Part shown: one piece after another, positions 57,493 to 64,000 of the stretch | Position numbering within the stretch: the first letter of the stretch is position 1 | Layout of the letters: each line of letters begins with the position of its first letter | NCBI GenBank assembly: GCA_029953675.1 | Contig: JAMWBK010000005.1 | Coordinates: 3,123,198 to 3,187,197 of the forward strand | From: Rhodosorus marinus CCMP1338 | Lineage: Eukaryota > Plantae > Rhodophyta | DNA length: 64,000 nucleotides | Reading direction: 5' to 3' | Notes under the pieces: generated by a model | Seen by the model: only the letters and a program-made list of their open reading frames with translations | What the model was told of the DNA's origin: nothing | The model's database searches: none | Translations under genes and position numbers: made by a program

Positions 57493-57534
57493 TGTGGGTT
57501 CGAAGGCCCCTGCGTTGGTAGCGTCGCGGAGTAG
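55027..57534 (+). CDS. TelCRE-1 ORF2 reverse transcriptase (CRE-like), truncated before the REL domain
   Basis: KSPGPSGLR, RPIGVPEVLRK, LDLENAFN, GVQQGDPLGP, IHDD and LPCRWGGLG motifs. The last 13 codons come from inverted DNA. Confidence 0.92.
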   Translation: MPSRRRGIKRRREEPLFFSDRQDWIRRWSVFVDDVTEGGRQWTRLTHCPVPTRRFVPRAQVHTWSCLFRAALELSMDSTAPANASLLLVGLPGLVLGHSALDVGIQVSHVLEGEFSTVWSALEDKASMLSRTTAPQGAEAVRRKHLGRHKRALKLAHLGRLSDAARSLQATEMAPFTAATWRQLQALFPNPAEGDLPDEIAHALQSLLALNTETLKRRWDSRKAADEGLMSIVARLPQGKSPGPSGLRAEHLQGATQQTQVALIRVLRQLATAPEKFSPALTRALRSSRLLPFTKPNKGSVPQEHPGVRPIGVPEVLRKVATQWTLHAVMDRVHELLVPLQLGIGVSGGCERSLHAIQAHLSCEPDSVVLRLDLENAFNRIDRRLAKQLVDEHLPELAPVYRLGYGSDNADSPTLCGWRSSPGQNETDTSRLTLQATTGVQQGDPLGPVLHALSLAPFLRALRAKFPNETIVAIHDDITIVGSLQAVKASLAWAKTVLPSLGARLQLGKCTVYGRTLTTTRVVNHEIPGVQVTRDGVTIHSIPIGSREYIEQECRGLQNKHEKLFEEIAKLPQPELTTQIALFRFCAETRLDYVLRCLAYEFGRNLAREADVMTRYHLEILFGGLATTAVEDDEYAELISDQIALPCRWGGLGFATRKRVQPIAFYSSWRNTFRNNEDEWPYLTELEREVTAERSPDTYEPMDQRWSTAQLADQICASSRAIQRRLGPETPPRILALTTLQQPRETSLRSAPGETAAWNNGSIQQTLSREAHHCAFQKLVTNPRISPENRARIRSAAGSGSGVWLREIPTLTPKKLSAVEMQCGFEGPCVGSVAE

Positions 57535-58382
57535 TTGGAAGGCGGTATGATGAGCGATGACGTGTACATGATGATCAAAGTAGTCCAGCTGGAGCAGCGA
57601 ATTTTTCTGAAGGCCGGCTAGGCGCTCGATATCCCAAGCATGATGGGCCTTGCTTCTGGTGGAGTCCCGAGGTCGAGCATTGAGTAGCACAAATGCATCA
57701 ATGTCCTTCTGGCTCTGGTACTGCAGCCCATGAATGCTCGCGAAAAACGAGCGATTGGCAGCTGCTGGGGTCTGGTTGGCGCGGACACGTGTCGTCCAGC
57801 TCATTGGTTGAGGTTGAGCTCGAGTCCTTGTCCGTGCTTGCTCATTGGCCGTTGCGAGATCTGGGAATGCATTGGAATCGAGATCACGTGTCTCGGGAGA
57901 TCGCGGGCGGGCTGCTGCAGTGGCGTAGTTTGCTGGTTCGTAGACAGGGAGGGGGCGTTGTGCCCTCGGGGCAGCTTTTTGTGGCGTCGTAGTCAGATTG
58001 TGAAGGAGTTGAGCCTCGGTGCCATTGGCGTGTGCCTGGGCTAAGAGACCCATAAACCGCAGCATAAGCCCATTGTAGAGCGGGGTCTTATGCTTGGGCG
58101 CGTCGAGATGCAGCTTCAGCGCTCCGCAGCTCAGGTCAATAGCCAAGGGAGTAGGTACGTCGTTGTCAAGTGCAGATGCAGTTGTAGGCTCAGAAACAGG
58201 TACGGGCAGAGGCTCGGGTCCGTCTGCCCTCAGGCTAACGGCCGGGAGGTCTTCCATCGTTGCGTCTGTGCAAAAGCCCCCCCCATCCGGAGGCACGGGC
58301 TCGAGAGTAGTCATATCACTCGATAAGCGTTCGTAGAAAGAATGAAAGTGTAACTTTATCACCACGATAAACTCCAAAGTCC
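57494..58382 (-). mobile_element. Inverted TelCRE-2 5' end (UTR plus N-terminal ORF1)
   Basis: Reverse complement of 58911-59799 with at least three substitutions. Confidence 0.93.
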
Positions 58383-58423
58383 AACCCCAAATCCCAGACT
58401 TTTTACCCCAGACTAACGTAACC
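58383..58423 (-). repeat. Inverted (C-rich on +) telomeric tract between a TelCRE-1 3' end and a TelCRE-2 5' end
   Basis: Contains ACCCCAGACTAACGTAACC. Confidence 0.88.
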
Positions 58424-58723
58424 GTAAGCTTTACTGGGCAGCTGCCTACTGCAGCGCAACACTACGTCTAATCCTATCTAGGGAAAAACTTACTGGAACC
58501 CCGCTACCGGGGTCTCATGCTACGTTCAAAAGAAAAAACAGGTACCAGCGGATTCTCCAGCTGGTCCACGCGCAAAGCGCCTAATGCTATCTCTGTGTTA
58601 CCTCGCCATAGTTGCCGGTTTATCTGGGATCTCACGTCTCTCAGCTCCTCACTCCTGTGCAGTAAGTGCTTGCAGCTGTCCCGGAGGAACTCCTGTGCCC
58701 CAGTCCTTCCGTGTTTACTCCGG
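58424..58723 (-). mobile_element. Inverted TelCRE-1 3' end with an internal deletion
   Basis: 58424-58699 corresponds to 3617-3892 and 58698-58723 corresponds to 3206-3231. Confidence 0.88.
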
Positions 58724-58910
58724 GGTTACGTTAGTCTGGGGTGGCGCAGGCCTAGCGATGAGAACACGAATACAACCCCTCGCCTTCTTCAGCAGTTGGC
58801 GACAGACTCTGAAGCTCAATTGGACTGGATCTAGCCACCTAGGAGCGCTACTCGATGCCTGCACATCTGGGGTTAGTCTGGGGGTCTGGGGTTGACGTTA
58901 GTCTGGGGTT
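58722..58910 (+). repeat. Telomeric and degenerate repeats enclosing a 131-bp internal TelCRE-2 ORF2 fragment (58737-58867 = 62460-62590)
   Basis: Direct sequence identity; TGGGGT and TC microhomologies at the two joins. Confidence 0.88.
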
Positions 58911-58978
58911 GGACTTTGGAGTTTATCGTGGTGATAAAGTTACACTTTCATTCTTTCCACGAACGCTTATCGAGTGAT

Positions 58979-60499
58979 ATGACTACTCTCGAGCCCGTGC
59001 CTCCGGATGGGGGGGGCTTTTGCACAGACGCAACGATGGAAGACCTCCCGGCCGTTAGCCTGAGGGCAGACGGACCCGAGCCTCTGCCCGTACCTGTTTC
59101 TGAGCCTACAACTGCATCTGCACTTGACAACGACGTACCTACTCCCTTGGCTATTGACCTGAGCTGCGGAGCGCTGAAGCTGCATCTCGACGCGCCCAAG
59201 CATAAGACCCCGCTCTACAATGGGCTTATGCTGCGGTTTATGGGTCTCTTAGCCCAGGCACACGCCAATGGCACCGAGGCTCAACTCCTTCACAATCTGA
59301 CTACGACGCCACACAAAGCTGCCCCGAGGGCACAACGCCCCCTCCCTGTCTACGAACCAGCAAACTACGCCACTGCAGCAGCCCGCCCGCGATCTCCCGA
59401 GACACGTGATCTCGATTCCAATGCATTCCCAGATCTCGCAACGGCCAATGAGCAAGCACGGACAAGGACTCGAGCTCAACCTCAACCAATGAGCTGGACG
59501 ACACGTGTCCGCGCCAACCAGACCCCAGCAGCTGCCAATCGCTCGTTTTTCGCGAGCATTCATGGGCTGCAGTACCAGAGCCAGAAGGACGTTGATGCAT
59601 TTGTGCTACTCAATGCTCGACCTCGGGACTCCACCAGAAGCAAGGCCCATCATGCTTGGGATATCGAGCGCCTAGCCGGCCTTCAGAAAAATTCGCTGCT
59701 CCAGCTGGACTACTTTGATCATCATGTACACGTCATCGCTCATCATACCGCCTTCCAACTACTCCGCGACGCTACCAACGCAGGGGCCTTCGAACCCACC
59801 AGAGGAGCACACCTGCCTCCTGATCAACGTATCCAAGCTGTCAAGCTCTCTCCAACGTCACACGAATACCTGAGCATGAGGGAAAAGCTCCGTCACCAAC
59901 CGGCAGACTATCCCCGCGCTGCACTGATCCACAACCTGCTCCGCTACCGACGGATCCAGCGGATTGTTACAAATCGCAGGAGTCTCCCACCCAACAACCG
60001 AGAGGCACTCCTGGGCCACGTCAGGGCCGAGCTCGATCGCACCCTGGCCAGCCTCCACGCTCACGCTCAACGAGCACCCGACAGTTGCCTGCGCGTGCCA
60101 TTCTCCGACCCTGAGCTTCCAGAGCACTCGACAACAACCGAGCGCAGAGAGCCACGCTCTCTGGACCGAACCCGGGTAGCTGACCCTCAACCGGCGGCAC
60201 TGGAGAGGGAGAGTGCGGAACCCCTCGCAGCGACTACGCATAGCGCTGATTCTGCCCAAGTCCCAGCCGCTCGGGAGGACAACACGCCTGAGACGCCTGC
60301 CGCGACAGCCCGTGATCCACTAGACTCGGAGCCTGACCCCTCCACCACTAGCGATCAACCAGTGACCCCTGCAGAGCCGATGCAAGGACTTTCGACGGCC
60401 CAAGACAAGAGACAAGTGGCTCCACCCACTAAGCGCCCTAAGCCTGCCAACGCCGTCGACGACCTCACGCCCGACTCCCTCTCGTCGACTCAATCATGA
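58979..60499 (+). CDS. TelCRE-2 ORF1 (MTTLEPVPP..., ~506 aa)
   Basis: Intact ORF; ATGA overlap with ORF2. Confidence 0.85.
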   Translation: MTTLEPVPPDGGGFCTDATMEDLPAVSLRADGPEPLPVPVSEPTTASALDNDVPTPLAIDLSCGALKLHLDAPKHKTPLYNGLMLRFMGLLAQAHANGTEAQLLHNLTTTPHKAAPRAQRPLPVYEPANYATAAARPRSPETRDLDSNAFPDLATANEQARTRTRAQPQPMSWTTRVRANQTPAAANRSFFASIHGLQYQSQKDVDAFVLLNARPRDSTRSKAHHAWDIERLAGLQKNSLLQLDYFDHHVHVIAHHTAFQLLRDATNAGAFEPTRGAHLPPDQRIQAVKLSPTSHEYLSMREKLRHQPADYPRAALIHNLLRYRRIQRIVTNRRSLPPNNREALLGHVRAELDRTLASLHAHAQRAPDSCLRVPFSDPELPEHSTTTERREPRSLDRTRVADPQPAALERESAEPLAATTHSADSAQVPAAREDNTPETPAATARDPLDSEPDPSTTSDQPVTPAEPMQGLSTAQDKRQVAPPTKRPKPANAVDDLTPDSLSSTQS

Positions 60500-63400
60500 G
60501 CAGCTCCTCAGACGAATATACTCCGAACCGCTCTCGCTCATCCCGCCGTGCTCGTGCTCGTCGCCAACGACCTCCCACTTCGACGCAGTCACTCTTCGAG
60601 ACCGACTCGAACGCCTGGCTCTCGTCTCTGCACGACTTCACTCTCAACGTAACCGATAATGGCAACCGCTGGTGGCAGCTGACTCAGGCTCCGACGCCTA
60701 CTCGCCAATTCGTCCCCGATAACCTGAAAACACGCTGGAACCATCTCATGTCGAAAGCCCTGGAACTTGCCCTTGATACGTCAGCGCCGAACCTGTCACG
60801 CCTGTTCATCTTCGCTCTCCCCAGTCTCGCACTCGGCTACACAGGCGACCTGGCCCCTTCTGCGCAGATGCTCGCCGTTATGGACGGAAGGTTCTCCACG
60901 GTGTGGGAACACCTTACTGCTCACAGCAAAACCCTTGACACCAAGTGTATCGTACCTCCGCCGCCTCAGACCCGCCACCGACAGAAACGAGCCCTACAAC
61001 TCGCCAAAGCTCAACGTATGTCCCAGTCTAGCCAACTCCTACTGGCCACCGATCTTGCCTCGAAGACTCCTGCCACCTGGCGCGTTCTGACTACGCTCTT
61101 CCCTGAGTACGAGGCCGCAACGCTCTCCTCGGAGCTTGAAGACGCCCTACAGGCAAAGCTCAACGGACTGCAACGCAATATATGGGACCCGACTTTGGCC
61201 TCTGACGAGAGCCTCCTGTCAACGCTGGAACACCTACCGTACGCCACAGCCCCCGGGCCGAGTGGACTCAAAGCCGAACATCTGCGAAGTCTCACCATGA
61301 CAACGCAACCGGTACTTGTACGCTTCCTTCGCAAGCTTGCCACCACTCCGGAGAGCTTCCCTGACGTGTTTCTCGAAGCCATGCGCAGCAACCGACTCCT
61401 CGCGAAAGACAAGCGAACGTCTGCCGAAGCTAGACAAGGGTACCCTCTTCGCCTACGCCCGCTAGGGATTCCTGAGGTACTGCGGAAGGCCGTCACCCAA
61501 TGGACACTTCGCGCTGTCGCCACGCCCTTCGCGACTTTCTGCTCCCGGAACAACTCGGCATCTCGGTCAGCGGCGGCTGCGAACACGCCATCCACCTCGC
61601 GGAAGCCCACCTCGCAGCGCGCCCGAATGACGTGCTCCTCAAACTTGATCTCGCAAACGCGTTCAACAGAATCGACCGACGCCTCGCAAACCGTATCATC
61701 GAGCTAGCTTTCCCCGAATTGAAGTCGCTTATGACAATGAGCTACGGACCACGAGGCGAGAGCGCCCCACGCCAATTCGGATGGCGAGACAGCGATGTCG
61801 ATGACTGGCTCCAGCTCCGAGCCTGGACTGGAGTCCAACAAGGCGATCCGTTGGGACCTGCTTTACACGCGCTCGCCCTTTCCCCACTCCTACGAGCACT
61901 ACGAGACCGGTTTCCGAGGATCACCCTTAGCGCAATCCACGACGACCTCACCTTACTTGGCCCTCTGAAGGACGTGAAAGAAGCGCTACACTGGAGCGAG
62001 CACCACCTCCCCGAAATAGGCGCACAACTTCAAAGGACGAAATGCGAGCTTTTTGGACTCCAACTGCCGACGACCAGACTCGTCAACAGGGAAATTCCCG
62101 ACGTACATGTCACCCGGGACGGAATCCAACTTTATTCCATCCCTATTGGCACACGGACCTACGTCCAAGACGCGAACAGGAAGCTACAACGAGAACATGA
62201 AAAACTCGTCCAAGAGGTCATCCGTCTACCGACCACTGAGCTACCAATTAAACTGTGCCTATTCCGCTACTGCGCAGGACCGCGTCTAGACTTTGCTCTA
62301 CGCACGCTCGCCCTACAATACGGAGCCAATCTCGCACGCGAAGCCGATCGCATCTCGCTCCTGGAACTCGACAAACTGTGCGGCTCGCTCCTCGAAGGCC
62401 AGGGCCTCACAGGACCCGCAAAAGACGTGGTCGAAGCGCAGATCCAGCTCCCTTGCCGATGGGGTGGCGCAGGCCTAGCGATGAGAACACGAATACAACC
62501 CCTCGCCTTCTTCAGCAGTTGGCGACAGACTCTGAAGCTCAATTGGACTGGATCTAGCCACCTAGGAGCGCTACTCGATGCCTGCACATCGACGAACCTG
62601 ACCGAGCACCATCACATTCGACCCCTGCTCCACTCGACGGATCAACTTGGAGCACAACTAATCGAAGCGAGCCTCCACTCAAAACGCTGCCTGGCACGAG
62701 GAACACCGGCCCCCATACTCCGCCTAACAGAATGGCAATCGTTGGAGAGCCAAGAACAAGCAGAGAACCCGCACACACCACCCGACAGGCCCTTGATCGG
62801 TTCAACCCAAAAACTCCTCTCCAACTGGAGTCACCGACGGGCATTCGAGGAAATGGTGGAGAACGCGGAGATCAGCGAGACGGCACGTGCGCGAATACGC
62901 TCCTGCAAGGGATCAGGAGGGGGTACTTGGCTGCGAGACTTGCCAAGGAAACACGGACGCGGCCTAAGTAGCGGAGAACTGAACCTGAGCCTTCGACAAC
63001 TGTTGGGATTACCCCTGCCGGGTGTACGAATACTTGGTACGTGTACGATATGTTCCCAACCACACGACGCTGCAGGCATTCAACGCCTTCACCACTGCAC
63101 CAGCTCTACCGGCAGTTGGACAATTCGGCATAACATGGTCAGGGACGCCCTGGCGACAGTGCTGAGACAATGGCGACTAGAAGTGACAATAGAACCGACC
63201 GGACACTACCAAGGCAGTCGGCTTCGGCCTGACATTCTAGCCCGACACCCACGAACAGGCAAGCTCTACGTGATCGATGTGAAGGTGACCTCGCCTTTGC
63301 AAAGAACACACCTCCACAAAGCGTCTTGGGAGACCGGGTATGCGGCACGGAAAGCGGAAAAGTTTAAAGAGTCCAAATACCGTGACAGTATCGGAGAACA

Positions 63401-63647
63401 TAACGACGACATCTTCGTCCCCTTCTGCCTGGAAACATTTGGGCAGATGGGACAACAAGCGAGTGAGTTCCTCAAGGAAGCGACTATACACCTGGATCAG
63501 CGGGCAACGCAAGTAAGTGAGGCTCGGGCGATCTTGAACCGCACTTTGTGGAAAGGAAACGCTATCCTTGCCACCCAGGCACGTCGTGTCGACGAAGCAG
63601 ACTATGACATCGTCCCTATCTTAGAACGTAGCCACACAACCCATTAG
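60496..63647 (+). CDS. TelCRE-2 ORF2 (RT plus Zn finger plus REL, ~1050 aa) with a single 1-nt frameshift near 61518
   Basis: RPLGIPEVLRK, LDLANAFN, GVQQGDPLGP, IHDD, CTIC..HHC, RHNMV, RPDI, DVKVTSP, AEKFK..KY and FVPFCLETFG motifs. Adding one base at ~61518 restores colinearity with TelCRE-1. Confidence 0.9.
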
Positions 63648-63725
63648 GGGTTTCTTTGCTGACCAATAGGATCCTTATTGCTTCTTAATGGGCTCCAATA
63701 GGGAGTTCTTCAGTAAAGTGTACGC

Positions 63726-64000
63726 GGTTACGTTAGTCTGGGGTTACGTTAGTCTGGGGTTACGTTAGTCTGGGGTTACGTTAGTCTGGGGTTACGTTAG
63801 TCTGGGGTTACGGGTTACGTTAGTCTGGGGTTACGTTAGTCTGGGGTTACGGGTTACGTTAGTCTGGGGTTACGTTAGTCTGGGGTTACGTTAGTCTGGG
63901 GTTACGTTAGTCTGGGGTTACGTTAGTCTGGGGTTACGTTAGTCTGGGGTTACGTTAGTCTGGGGTTACGTTAGTCTGGGGTTTACGTTAGTCTGGGGTT
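63726..64000 (+). repeat. Terminal telomeric array (GGGGTTACGTTAGTCT)n, 16-nt unit
   Basis: About 16 units running off the window end, G-rich strand 5'->3' toward the end. Variants: extra GGGTTAC at 63812 and 63851, and GGGGTTT near 63982. Confidence 0.92.

Larger units (their letters stand above)
58911..63725 (+). mobile_element. TelCRE-2 full-length terminal copy (4815 bp) fused directly to the terminal telomere
   Basis: 5' GGAC after telomeric repeat; ORF1, ORF2 (RT plus REL) and 78-bp 3' UTR, then the terminal array. Confidence 0.95.

Noticed and set aside
57494-59799. Terminal inverted repeats of a DNA transposon
   Set aside because: The arms are TelCRE-2 5' sequence; there is no transposase and no TSD.
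55027-63647. RTs as group II intron, retron, DGR or Penelope/Athena-type telomeric retroelements
   Set aside because: They have a C-terminal Zn finger plus REL domain, a separate ORF1 and 5'-truncated copies, which fits CRE/R2-type non-LTR elements. No GIY-YIG domain or maturase is seen.
1-64000. tRNA or rRNA genes
   Set aside because: None recognised by eye; only tRNA-complementary primer-binding sites were seen.

Overview
This window is the last 64 kb of a eukaryotic chromosome arm; GT-AG introns are recoverable. An alga is plausible (possibly a red alga, given the Spondin_N and RTX-type secreted proteins and an intronless bacterial-type methyltransferase), but the taxon cannot be fixed from sequence alone. 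The window ends in a G-rich 16-nt telomeric array, (GGGGTTACGTTAGTCT)n. The distal ~11.2 kb (52.8-64 kb) consists only of this repeat interleaved with three related two-ORF, CRE-like non-LTR retrotransposons (RT plus restriction-like endonuclease), here labelled TelCRE-1, -2 and -3. Apart from one inverted block they point the same way, and all join the repeat in the same register. They share a covarying 3' hairpin plus an A(G/A)TAAAG motif, and the two with a 5' end share a 5' motif. A 5'-truncated TelCRE-1 copy also sits 60 kb inward, flanked by telomere-like sequence. The proximal subtelomere is a nested graveyard of three non-telomeric sister CRE families (CRE-B, -C, -D; labels are mine), Copia elements and a complete Gypsy element. 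Host genes are few: two paralogous SAM methyltransferases, a Cys-rich repeat/Spondin_N secreted protein and a 3-exon secreted protein with RTX-like Ca-binding repeats. All alignments were made by eye and no database searches were run.
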